64,000 bases of DNA from Nitrospirota bacterium (GTDB taxonomy: Bacteria; Nitrospirota; Thermodesulfovibrionia; UBA6902), in the NCBI GenBank assembly GCA_040758255.1, contig JBFLVX010000001.1, positions 132 to 64,131 of the forward strand, given 5' to 3'. The notes below the pieces were generated by a model. The model did no database searches. It was not told the origin of the DNA and worked only from the letters and a program-made list of their open reading frames with translations. Below are positions 44,882 through 54,085 of this stretch, in pieces. Both the position numbers and the translations under genes were made by a program. How positions within the stretch are numbered: the first letter of the stretch is position 1; each line of letters opens with the position of its first letter.

Positions 44882-47800
44882 AATTACCTCTGAATGTCAT
44901 ATTGCTGGCCCTTGAATCCACAAACCTCACAATATTCTTAAGCGATATATCCCCCTTGTCAAGAACCAGGGACTTGCCGGATTCCCTCGGCAGCAGGTTT
45001 GCAACAAGGACCAGCCTCCCTGATGGAGAATAAACCAGCATAAATGACTGTTTTGAATTAATATCTATCAGCCTCTCGATCCTGTGATCAGGCCAGTAAT
45101 AGAGTATGTTCTTCAGGTTTATAATATCCTGCGTAGCTGTGTACTCCCGCAGTTCCGAGATCATCTTAGGAGAGACAGAAGAGGAATCGCCGAAGATCCC
45201 CTTCTGAACGATATGGTTATACAGGAGGTCTTCCACGGTCTGAATGCCCAAGGCCTTGACCTCTGCCTGCTGCCATTTATTCTCAGTCTGCTGGCGGTAA
45301 GTCTCCCTGGCAAAAGGCGAGAGCCAGAGCATTGCAAGCTCTTTATTAACCGACTGCTCAAGATAGAACAAGGGAGCGGTAAAGCCTGTTTCATATCCTG
45401 ACGTTTCAATAGTCCCATCAACAAAACGCGTGCTCAATTCATCTTCTTCAAGTATTTTAATCAACCCTGCGCCAAGGCTGCTCAGCCTCTTCCTCTCAAC
45501 AGCCCCGTTGTCAAAGGCTAACAAGACATCGGCTGAAGGCATGGGCCTCCCCTCTTTTATGCCGAGAGAGCGGCATTGGACTGTCATGAACGTCTCGTCT
45601 CCAGCCTCACGTAAGATGACCTGATCTGCAAGGTTAAAGAGGTTTGATTTATTCTCCATCTTTATCAGGTCTGAGGCCTGATCAGCATTGGCGTAAGGAT
45701 GGGTACCACCTATCAGAAGCGCCCGCGCCTTCATCCTCTCAAACATTGATACGCCGTACTCAAACACATGAAGCTCGTAAAGCGGCCTCGGTATCTCTAT
45801 GATGTAATTGCCTGATGCGCCGAGCCTTAACACATATGTGCCCCAGTAGCGGCGTTTCCGGAGGCCTTCATCTTCAAGGAGTATGATATAGTCCTGCTCT
45901 GATATCCTGTCCCTGTACATGATGACCTTGTACCCAAGCAGCGCCGCGGCTGAAGTTATTATGCGCAGTTCTTCCGAACCCTGTTCCGACCACTTGCCTT
46001 CCCTGTACTCGCTTTTAGATATTCTTACCAGCGGGGCCAGCACCTCTTCGTCAAAGAGGAGCAGCTCTTCGAGCTTCGGCTCTACATACAGGTCTGACCC
46101 CTTCTCCGCAATTATCCCCTTTGTATTTAAAAGCCAGTCCTGAAGGTACCCGTCTATTCTCTGCTGGTGCAGTTGGACGCTCACATTATCCCCGGAAGGC
46201 AGGGTCTTGAATAATATCCTCCTTAAATCAGCCCTGTTTATAAATATCTCCGCGAATCCGGAAGGTGTTGAGTCACGCTGAATGTTGTTGAAAGGAGTCT
46301 TGCCCCACTCTATCTTAATGTCCCTGATAAGGTCTTTAAATACCGCAAGGTCAAGCCCCGGAGGCAGTTCCGACTTTACCCATAAAGTGGTCTTAGGCTC
46401 AGGCGGCTCTATCTCTTTTCCGCCGGGGCGTTTGCCGCTCAGGATGCGTATCTTATCAATTGTGTAGCCGCGCACCTGAAGCACGTTCCTCCGCGCTGTC
46501 TCTTCATGAAATTTATGAAAGAATGTATAGGGCTTTGTAAGAACATTAAGGGGCTCCTGATCAGGCCCTTTTATGCTCGCGCCTGAAACAGCCAGCGCCC
46601 TGCCCTGCAGCAGGGTGAAGAGCCTTGCGCCTGCCTCAACGGCAGCCCATTCATCAAGCGGCGCCGGAACTTCTACAAGAGGCCCTGCCTTCGCCATTGT
46701 ATCAATAGCGTAAATTCCCCTTCCCCTGGATTCCCCGTCCTCTTTAAGATAGATGTATCTATCATTTATCAGAAAGAGCTTATAGTTTATGCCCTCTAAT
46801 AATATTTGCGCCTGCAGAAGTATATCCTCATCGCGCTTCTCACTGTAATTTAAAAGCATTCTGATCGCCCTGGAGAATGCCTCTGTCTCCTGCGGGACAG
46901 GGATCTGCGCCTCCTGTATGCCGCGGGTCTGGTAAATGGCAACCTTATCTTTTCTTATAATATCTATAAGGTTTACGCCTTCAAGCCGGGCTATCCTTTC
47001 TGCACCCTCTGCCTCAAGAGCGGTCGTTCCTTCAATCCACGGGTTTTTCACATAGGTGAGGGAATACCCGATTACGCTTGCAGCTACAACCGAGACGAGC
47101 GAGACCTGCAATACAGCCCGTGCAACCTTTAAGGTGATGCTCTTTTCATGCATCTTTATTGCTATCAGGGTCGGAAGCAGATAGCCAAAGCCGAAGAAAT
47201 CCGTAATCTTTTGCTGCGGCAGCAGCCAGATAATGATATATGAAAGAATGTACTTATATACAAAGCTTATGCTGAAGAACAAGAGGATCTTCCGCGCTCC
47301 TTCAATCGTCATTCTTTTAAAAAGAGGCAGGCGTAACACCAGTATGCCGAGAGAGAGAACAATAAGCGACTCAATTATTGATGCCGCGATCTTTGTTGGA
47401 TTATACCACTGAAGCGCCAGCAAAGAGGGGATAAGTATGCCGCTGAATTCCCAGCCGTAGAGCAGGTTCATCCGCGAAGCAACAAGGCTTGTGGTGATAA
47501 GTATTATGTATGCCTTGGGGCTTGCCAGCATTGAGGCGGCAATGTCTTCATAGACATATCCAAGGTTGCTTATCGTGAAGTTTGTATATTCCATCAGAAC
47601 AAAACGCACAATAAGATAAGTAATGCCGACAGTCACCGCGAGCGGGAAAAGCCCGCGCAGAAGCCCCGGCTTCCAGAACTGATTGGCGATCAATGCAACG
47701 ATGATAAGGCCGAAGCTGTGGAGGTTGTTGCGGTAGTCGAAGTTTACATAAAACCGGCTGTTGACCATCTCTCCGATATACGGCAGGAGAAAGACATCAA

Positions 47801-48128
47801 ATAATATTCTTACAAACAGACTGAGCAGAAGCAGGGCAAAGAAGCGGTCTCTTCCAAAGAGGTTGTTCCATTTAAAAGTCTTTGAAAGGCTCTCGGAGAA
47901 GAGCCACACGATAAGATATGTGACGATCCCTTCAATGAAGACAGATACCGCCGCCCATGGCTTGGATATAATGAGGGGGACAATGTATCCGGGAACAACC
48001 AGGCCTGATAAGACCCAGCCGAGACGCAGATTGAAGAATGTTGAGACTATTACTCCGACAAAGACGGTGGTGGTAACTGAGCTGGCCAAGCTCCCCTGAG
48101 GAAAGATGTTGAGGAAGCTGCTCTCCAT
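44865..48128 (-). CDS. 1087-aa protein: N-terminal tandem duplication of PgsC/CapC-like membrane domains (about 360 aa) fused to an about 720-aa soluble domain containing degenerate PghP-like repeats
   Basis: Copy 1: LGWVLSGLVVPGYIVPL...TYLIV...FGRDRFFALLLLSLFVRILFDVF...GLIIVALIANQFWKPGL (cf. PgsC GIVPAGLVVPGYLGL...TYVIV...YGRRKFAAMLITGIVLKIAFDFL...GIIVPGLIANTIQKQGL). Copy 2: GWEFSGILIPSLLAL ... GFGYLLPTLIAIKMHEKSITL. Soluble part has RGIYAIDTMAKAGPLVEVPAP and NYIIEIPRPLYELHVFEYG ... LLIGGTHPY repeats. Confidence 0.75.
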   Translation of the reverse strand: MESSFLNIFPQGSLASSVTTTVFVGVIVSTFFNLRLGWVLSGLVVPGYIVPLIISKPWAAVSVFIEGIVTYLIVWLFSESLSKTFKWNNLFGRDRFFALLLLSLFVRILFDVFLLPYIGEMVNSRFYVNFDYRNNLHSFGLIIVALIANQFWKPGLLRGLFPLAVTVGITYLIVRFVLMEYTNFTISNLGYVYEDIAASMLASPKAYIILITTSLVASRMNLLYGWEFSGILIPSLLALQWYNPTKIAASIIESLIVLSLGILVLRLPLFKRMTIEGARKILLFFSISFVYKYILSYIIIWLLPQQKITDFFGFGYLLPTLIAIKMHEKSITLKVARAVLQVSLVSVVAASVIGYSLTYVKNPWIEGTTALEAEGAERIARLEGVNLIDIIRKDKVAIYQTRGIQEAQIPVPQETEAFSRAIRMLLNYSEKRDEDILLQAQILLEGINYKLFLINDRYIYLKEDGESRGRGIYAIDTMAKAGPLVEVPAPLDEWAAVEAGARLFTLLQGRALAVSGASIKGPDQEPLNVLTKPYTFFHKFHEETARRNVLQVRGYTIDKIRILSGKRPGGKEIEPPEPKTTLWVKSELPPGLDLAVFKDLIRDIKIEWGKTPFNNIQRDSTPSGFAEIFINRADLRRILFKTLPSGDNVSVQLHQQRIDGYLQDWLLNTKGIIAEKGSDLYVEPKLEELLLFDEEVLAPLVRISKSEYREGKWSEQGSEELRIITSAAALLGYKVIMYRDRISEQDYIILLEDEGLRKRRYWGTYVLRLGASGNYIIEIPRPLYELHVFEYGVSMFERMKARALLIGGTHPYANADQASDLIKMENKSNLFNLADQVILREAGDETFMTVQCRSLGIKEGRPMPSADVLLAFDNGAVERKRLSSLGAGLIKILEEDELSTRFVDGTIETSGYETGFTAPLFYLEQSVNKELAMLWLSPFARETYRQQTENKWQQAEVKALGIQTVEDLLYNHIVQKGIFGDSSSVSPKMISELREYTATQDIINLKNILYYWPDHRIERLIDINSKQSFMLVYSPSGRLVLVANLLPRESGKSLVLDKGDISLKNIVRFVDSRASNMTFRGNFEIHN

Positions 48129-48137
48129 ATAAAAAGG

Positions 48138-48509
48138 CTAAAGACTCTTCAGCTTTTCACAGAGTGTTGTTAAAGCAACAGGTTTGTACACTATATCTGT
48201 TGCTCCTGCTTTAAATATCTCCTCCCGGACTTTTTCATCATGGACAGAGGTTAAGACCATGACCGGCAGAGCCATCTTTTGCTCCTCCCTTAGCCAGCGG
48301 ATGAAACGCATGCCGTCCATATACGGCATCATCATGTCGCATACTATTATATCAACGCTCTCTTTTTGCAGGATCTCAATCGCCTTGAGGCCGTGATCAG
48401 CAGTGAGGGTCTCATATCCTTCCAACTGCAGCATGGCAGCCAGAAGCTGCTGTATGGCTTTGTCGTCCTCAACAAGCAGAACCCTTTTTTTACGGGCAGT
48501 CTCAGTCAA
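48138..48509 (-). CDS. single-domain CheY-like response regulator
   Basis: VLLVEDDKAI, phospho-acceptor in DIIVCDMMMP, LTSVHDEK, KAGATDIVYKP. Confidence 0.85.
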   Translation of the reverse strand: MTETARKKRVLLVEDDKAIQQLLAAMLQLEGYETLTADHGLKAIEILQKESVDIIVCDMMMPYMDGMRFIRWLREEQKMALPVMVLTSVHDEKVREEIFKAGATDIVYKPVALTTLCEKLKSL

Positions 48510-48615
48510 TACTAATGCTCCTCATATTCATGATTATATCCAATGTTACGGCTCTCAACAATTTAAATAAATGTCGTATTATAGCCTTTAAAATAAAAAA
48601 ATGTATATATAAAAA

Positions 48616-51306
48616 TCAGTCGTTAGCCGCCCTCTTAAGCCGCATGATAAAGCGCATCCCGACACCTATGTCGCTTGACGCTTCAAGCTCTCCGCCCCAC
48701 TGTTTGACCTGTTTTATTACCGCGCGCAATTTCTTCAGTTCGCCTGAACTTATCTCTTCGGTATCCGAGTAGATGTATTTATGGAAAAGCTCAGCGGGCA
48801 TTCCGAGGCCTGTATTGGAGAATGTGCAGATGACCCATTCAGACGTCTCTTCCAATATTATTGTAACTTTGCCGTCTTCAACCGAATCATTCATTATGAT
48901 CTTAAGCAGATCCACGATAACCTCTTTTAATTTAGGGGATGCAAAGACCATACATACGAGATCAGGAACTTTCAGGTCTAACTGTATCTTGCGGAGCCCG
49001 GCCTCTTCAGAGAGCTCTTCAACGCCGGCTATCGCAGGCTTCCTTATATCCACAGGATAAAGCTCCAGTTCGTTGATGAAGATATCTTTTGCAAGATAAT
49101 CCTGTATCTCTTTAAGGAAATCATTGACAGCGTTTACTTTATCATTCAGCATCCCGATAGCGAGTTTCCGCTGAGCGTCAGGCAGGGCTTCGTGGCTCAG
49201 CAGAGAAGCCGCGAGCGCGATAGCCTCAATGTGGTTGCGGAGGCGGTAATCCATGTCTTTAAAGAGGGTCTCTTTAAACAGGTCGAGTGCCTTCAGGTAG
49301 CTGACATCAACCAGATCAAAGAGGGTGCCGAGAACATGAAAAGGATGCGCCCTTGAAGAGGGCATCCCGCTGTCATCATAAATTATGGGTTTGACATAGA
49401 GTATATACGCCTTGTTCGTGTCAGACTCTAACGATGCGGAGAGAGACATCACCTCCTGATCAAGCACCACCTTCTGCAGGAGCAGGCGGACCCTTTCAGG
49501 TTCCACCCCGCTTAATTTGACCGCCAGATCAAGGGCTGTCATATTATAGGGGGCTATTCCCGCTGATTTTAAGAGTTCAAACATCTGTTTGTTGATATAG
49601 ATAACCCTGCCGAAGAGGTCATAAAGTATCGTGCTTGTATTCATATCGTCAAGTATCTTTTCTAACAGAATGAGCCTCTCCTCCAAAAGCGCCATATTCT
49701 CGCTCAGTTCCTTGTAAAAGACCCTGGCGACTTCATGACGCAGTAATTTCCTGAGGCCGGTCAATTCACGTTTCTTTAACTCTCTATGCCGCCTTTGATA
49801 CAGCAGTTCGCTTATCTGTGATGCATAATCTCTTACAACTGATATGAAAGCGCTGAGCTCAGGCGCTGCTGCCGGCTCAATGGTGAAGGCCCAGAAACCA
49901 AGAACATCATTGGCAAAGATGAGCGGAACAACAAACTCTTTCTCCCCTTCCTTGATATCTTTAAAAAATGGCCTCTTCACTTCCACCGGACTGTTCTCTG
50001 TTATGGCTGTGCTGTACGGTTCTCTTTCATAATCCCTTCGTCTCTCATAAATATCCGACAGCAGGCAGTTGAGGGACTTGACCTCTCTGAGACGATGGTC
50101 GTCCTCAACCTTTTCAAGAAAGATCACCTTGTTGAGCTGAAGGGTCTGGCTGACAAAAACAATTAACTGAGCCCAGTACTCTTCGGAGGTGTAAAAGCTT
50201 TCAGGCAGAAACCTTTTTTCCAGCTTGATTGATGTCTCAATCAGCATCCTCTTGGTGCCTTCTTCCTCAAGCACCGCTTTTCTTGTAAAGATGAAGATTG
50301 ATAACCCTATCTGAACAGCTAAAACTTCTACCAAAGGCGTCCACGCAGAAAAATATGAGAGCGCCAGCCATGTGAGGATTAAATAAAACAACAATATAGT
50401 TGCGGAAAAAGCTAAGAGAAAAGAGAGCCGGATATTTAAAAATTTGTACGCCGCCAGATTAATAAGAACAATAACTATAAACAATATGAACTTGAGTCCG
50501 GGACCGGCTGTTTTAATCCAGTTCTTTGACATCAGGGTATCTATGGCGTAACCATGAAATTCGAGCATTGACATGGTCTTATTGTTTGATATGATCGGCG
50601 TGTGCAAACCCGGTATTGTCCCTGATGTCCCAAAACCGATAACTACGGTCTTACCGTTAACCAGTTCTTTAATTATTCCGCCTGTCATCGCCCTCTCAAT
50701 GCTGACATTTGGAAGGCCGCTCAGTTTGCCGTTGAAATTGACAGTGTATTCTTCGGGAAATCCGGACTCTTTTTTAGCGTCTCCGCCGGATGCAATGGCT
50801 TCAAGAGATGGGTATGCCACCCCCTCTATGTTGAATGAACTGTGTGAATACCGGTAAATGCCGTGGGACGCATCAGGCAGGCTGACTACACCAAACCTGA
50901 TACGACTCTCATCCGTAATGGCAGGAAGCAGCTCAAGAAAAAATTTATCCGGGTTGTATATATCGGAAATAATTTCGCGGCCGAATGTAATGTTACCGTA
51001 TCCGGCAGATGCATTGTAAAAATTTTTGGAAACATGTTTCGGCAGAAAGGTGAAGACTACCTGAGAAGGCTTCATTCTCTCCAGTATATTGAGCAGTTCG
51101 AGCCAGAGTTCATCTCCATCGCTCCTGTGATCCAGATCAGCCTCGATCAGGAGGATATTTGACGATGCCTTGGTGACTTCAGGGGTAAGAGTTACAAACT
51201 TGTCATAAAAGAGCCCGTCCGGCATGCGCAGCAGGCCTAACATGCTCACAAGCCATACGGCTATCGCTATTCCTATGCCGAAAGCCAAGTATCTTCTAAG
51301 AGACAT
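48616..51306 (-). CDS. sensor histidine kinase with N-terminal CHASE2-like extracytoplasmic domain, TM helices, PAS-like region, HisKA and HATPase_c
   Basis: N-terminal TM plus about 250-aa extracytoplasmic segment followed by three TMs (FILFIVIVLINLAAYKF, LSFLLAFSATILLFYLILTWLALSYF, LVEVLAVQIGLSIFIF) as in CHASE2; C-terminal G-boxes NTGLGMP and GVGMRF. Confidence 0.7.
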   Translation of the reverse strand: MSLRRYLAFGIGIAIAVWLVSMLGLLRMPDGLFYDKFVTLTPEVTKASSNILLIEADLDHRSDGDELWLELLNILERMKPSQVVFTFLPKHVSKNFYNASAGYGNITFGREIISDIYNPDKFFLELLPAITDESRIRFGVVSLPDASHGIYRYSHSSFNIEGVAYPSLEAIASGGDAKKESGFPEEYTVNFNGKLSGLPNVSIERAMTGGIIKELVNGKTVVIGFGTSGTIPGLHTPIISNNKTMSMLEFHGYAIDTLMSKNWIKTAGPGLKFILFIVIVLINLAAYKFLNIRLSFLLAFSATILLFYLILTWLALSYFSAWTPLVEVLAVQIGLSIFIFTRKAVLEEEGTKRMLIETSIKLEKRFLPESFYTSEEYWAQLIVFVSQTLQLNKVIFLEKVEDDHRLREVKSLNCLLSDIYERRRDYEREPYSTAITENSPVEVKRPFFKDIKEGEKEFVVPLIFANDVLGFWAFTIEPAAAPELSAFISVVRDYASQISELLYQRRHRELKKRELTGLRKLLRHEVARVFYKELSENMALLEERLILLEKILDDMNTSTILYDLFGRVIYINKQMFELLKSAGIAPYNMTALDLAVKLSGVEPERVRLLLQKVVLDQEVMSLSASLESDTNKAYILYVKPIIYDDSGMPSSRAHPFHVLGTLFDLVDVSYLKALDLFKETLFKDMDYRLRNHIEAIALAASLLSHEALPDAQRKLAIGMLNDKVNAVNDFLKEIQDYLAKDIFINELELYPVDIRKPAIAGVEELSEEAGLRKIQLDLKVPDLVCMVFASPKLKEVIVDLLKIIMNDSVEDGKVTIILEETSEWVICTFSNTGLGMPAELFHKYIYSDTEEISSGELKKLRAVIKQVKQWGGELEASSDIGVGMRFIMRLKRAAND

Positions 51307-51442
51307 TCACTTTATTCTCTTTCAATATATTTTCTCGACCCGTTTCAAATCCTTGACACGAATTACCATTTAATGTAATGTTTATTTGTAATAACAATAA
51401 TACAATAATATTCTGATATTTCCTATATAGAGGAGGGTTATT

Positions 51443-52432
51443 ATGAGACGGTTATCAGTATTATTACAAAAAAAAGTTTGCGGACTCTTTTCTTTATTGC
51501 TGGCGCTCTTTTTTTTAACAGGTAATGTCTCAACGGTCCATGCCGCAGGATACCTGCCGCATATCTGGCCCCTCTCAGGAACCACCGCGCCTGACCTTCC
51601 CATGTCATCTGCGTTTGGCCCCCGTTTAAAGGCCTCTGAAAATTTTATCTATGATTTCCACCGCGGCATTGATATCCCTGCTGAAATAGGAATGCCTGTT
51701 CATGCCATAGCGGACGGGGTTGTAAGGCTGGCGGGAAACAATCCAGCTTACTCCGATATGTTAGTTCAGATCAGGCATTATAAAACAGGAAGCGGGCCGA
51801 TGACATGCGCCAACAGGGGATGCTATTACTCAAACTACATGCATCTCAGTTCTGTTGCCGTATCGGCCGGGACCAATGTCAGCAAAGGCGCTATCATAGG
51901 ATACACCGGCGCAAGCGAAAGCGGTTTCGCACATCTGCATCTTGAGATACGCGATAACGGCCTTTATCAGAAAAATTGCATAAACCCATGGAAAGCCATG
52001 CCGTATCAGGATACGCTAAATCTGAGTATAAATTTTGCAAGCAACCCTGACTTCTCCGATCCTCTGTCTCCAGAGGTTGAAGCTGCAGTCTCCTCGCCTT
52101 CAAATGAGCTTGACTTTAACCGGGTCAAAGTTGAAATATTTGACATATCAAACGGCTCTGAAGTAAGCCTCGCGTCTCAGTCTTATGACATTGAATTGTG
52201 GAATTATCTTTACACGCCTGAAAGCAACCCGGATCAATACCTGAACAACCCGGACTTTAACGGCATAGAGGTGCGCCCGGCGGTCTTCAACGCGAGGGAA
52301 GATACATATCTTGTCCAATTCCGTTTTCATGACCTTCATCTGTCTTATGTGCCACAGCAGGCAAGGGTCAGGATAACGGCTTTTGACGTTAAAGAAAACA
52401 GCGTTGAAGCGAGTTATGATATAGGTTTTTAA
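51443..52432 (+). CDS. secreted M23-family metallopeptidase (peptidoglycan endopeptidase-like)
   Basis: Signal peptide; HRGIDIPAEIGMPVHAIADGVV (HxxxD), YMHLS, HLHLEIR (HxH) motifs. Confidence 0.8.
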   Translation: MRRLSVLLQKKVCGLFSLLLALFFLTGNVSTVHAAGYLPHIWPLSGTTAPDLPMSSAFGPRLKASENFIYDFHRGIDIPAEIGMPVHAIADGVVRLAGNNPAYSDMLVQIRHYKTGSGPMTCANRGCYYSNYMHLSSVAVSAGTNVSKGAIIGYTGASESGFAHLHLEIRDNGLYQKNCINPWKAMPYQDTLNLSINFASNPDFSDPLSPEVEAAVSSPSNELDFNRVKVEIFDISNGSEVSLASQSYDIELWNYLYTPESNPDQYLNNPDFNGIEVRPAVFNAREDTYLVQFRFHDLHLSYVPQQARVRITAFDVKENSVEASYDIGF

Positions 52433-52443
52433 CCTCAAATTTA

Positions 52444-53346
52444 ATGAGAGGGAAGAACGCTATACCAAAGAAAAAATTGATCGTCACAGGCGCAAGCGGT
52501 TTTTTGGGCTGGAACCTATGTCAGGAAACAAAGGATAAATGGGATATATACGGAACTGTTTATTCTCATCCGCTAAAGATAGAGCAAGTTAAGATCATCA
52601 GGATCGATCTCACTGATTTCGATAGTCTGAAGAAGGTGTTTCAGGAGATTCAGCCTCACGCGGTTATTCATACGGCGGCGGCGGCCAGCCCGAACTACTG
52701 TCAGGCACACCCGGAAGAATCACGAAAAATAAATCTTGACGCCTCATTATATATCGCCGGACTTTGCGCTGATCACAAAATACCCTGCGTATTCACCTCA
52801 ACAGACATAGTCTTTGACGGATTAAACCCGCCATATAAAGAAGATGCCCCTGTCTCTCCGATCAATATTTACGGCGAGCAAAAAGCGCTTGCCGAAGAAG
52901 GCATGCTTAAGCGATATCCTAAGACCGCTGTATGCCGCATGCCTCTCATGTTCGGTCTTTCAAGCCCTGCGTCAGCGAGCTTTATCCAGCCTATGATAAA
53001 GGCGATGAGAGAGGGGAGAGAGGTAAAGCTCTTTACGGATGAGTACAGAACTCCCGTAAGCGGAAAAACCGCTGTCGGGGGCCTTCTTCTCGCCCTTGAA
53101 AAGGTTAACGGGATAATACATCTTGGCGGTAAGGAACGCATTGCACGGTATGATTTCGGGAAACTGGTACAGCGCCTTTACGGATTGCAAAATGCAGTAC
53201 TGACGCCATGTCTTCAGAAAGATGTTGTTACGCCTGCCTCAAGGCCCACCGATGTTTCACTTGACAGCTCAAAAGCTGTCAGGCTTGGCTATATACAGCC
53301 AACACTCATAGATGACCTGAAGTCCTTATCGGATAACAACCAGTAA
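52444..53346 (+). CDS. NAD(P)-dependent sugar-nucleotide reductase of the RmlD (dTDP-4-dehydrorhamnose reductase) family
   Basis: KLIVTGASGFLGWNL Rossmann motif, catalytic YGEQK (YxxxK), about 300 aa short-chain epimerase/dehydratase architecture. Confidence 0.7.
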   Translation: MRGKNAIPKKKLIVTGASGFLGWNLCQETKDKWDIYGTVYSHPLKIEQVKIIRIDLTDFDSLKKVFQEIQPHAVIHTAAAASPNYCQAHPEESRKINLDASLYIAGLCADHKIPCVFTSTDIVFDGLNPPYKEDAPVSPINIYGEQKALAEEGMLKRYPKTAVCRMPLMFGLSSPASASFIQPMIKAMREGREVKLFTDEYRTPVSGKTAVGGLLLALEKVNGIIHLGGKERIARYDFGKLVQRLYGLQNAVLTPCLQKDVVTPASRPTDVSLDSSKAVRLGYIQPTLIDDLKSLSDNNQ

Positions 53347-53461
53347 AAATGTATGATTTTTCACAAGTTATTTAATATTCTAATAACTTTTTCCCCGTGT
53401 TGACAATCAAAAAAATATTATAGTATTCTTTATTCACTATTTGAGATAACGGAGATTCTCT

Positions 53462-54085
53462 GTGATAAAAAAATTCTTTCCTAAAGAGACCGACTTTTTC
53501 GTAATGTTCGATAAGGCAGCCCGCAACCTTAACAAGGGGGCTGCCCTTCTTGTTGAGATGATGGAAGATCTCAACAACGCTGAAAGAAAATCAAAAGAGA
53601 TATATGAGGTGGAGCAGGAAGGGGACATGCTTACGCATGAGGTCATGCGTAGGCTGAACAAGACCTTTATTACCCCTCTTGACAGGGAAGATATACATGC
53701 CCTGATATCGCGCATTGATGATGTCCTTGACCTTATATGGGCATCCGCAGACAGGGCAACCTTATTTAAGATAAAAGACTCTACGCCTGAAGCTGTTGAG
53801 CTTTCAAAATGCATCCTCTCCACAACAGAGGTCATCACAAAAGCCGTAACAAGCCTTAAAGAGAAGAAGTATTCTTATATACAGGAATACTGCATAGAGA
53901 TAAACCGCCTTGAAAACGCCGCTGACAAGATCTTCAGGGAAGCGCTTGCGAGACTGTTTGAGAATACAAAAGACCCCATCCTTGTCATTAAGTGGAAGAA
54001 TATTTATGAAAACCTCGAAGATGCGACTGACATATGTGAAGATGTTGCCAACATCCTTGAAAGCATAGTCCTGAAACATGCATGA
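53462..54085 (+). CDS. DUF47 (PhoU-like) protein paired with PiT phosphate transporter
   Basis: Typical DUF47 N-terminus FFPKETDFFVMFDKAA..., helical; immediately upstream of and overlapping the PiT gene. Confidence 0.75.
   Translation: MIKKFFPKETDFFVMFDKAARNLNKGAALLVEMMEDLNNAERKSKEIYEVEQEGDMLTHEVMRRLNKTFITPLDREDIHALISRIDDVLDLIWASADRATLFKIKDSTPEAVELSKCILSTTEVITKAVTSLKEKKYSYIQEYCIEINRLENAADKIFREALARLFENTKDPILVIKWKNIYENLEDATDICEDVANILESIVLKHA

Noticed and set aside
41545-48128. Assigning a PgsA/CapA homologue within the locus
   Set aside because: None of the CapA hallmark motifs (GDxMxGR, NxANNH, GHHPH) could be found in the 296-aa, 821-aa or 1087-aa proteins, so no PgsA call is made.
53398-53430. 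Sigma-70-like promoter (TTGACA ... TATAGT/TAGTAT) upstream of the DUF47-PiT operon
   Set aside because: A perfect -35 hexamer is present but no -10 candidate sits at an acceptable 16-18 bp spacing; left as unconfirmed.
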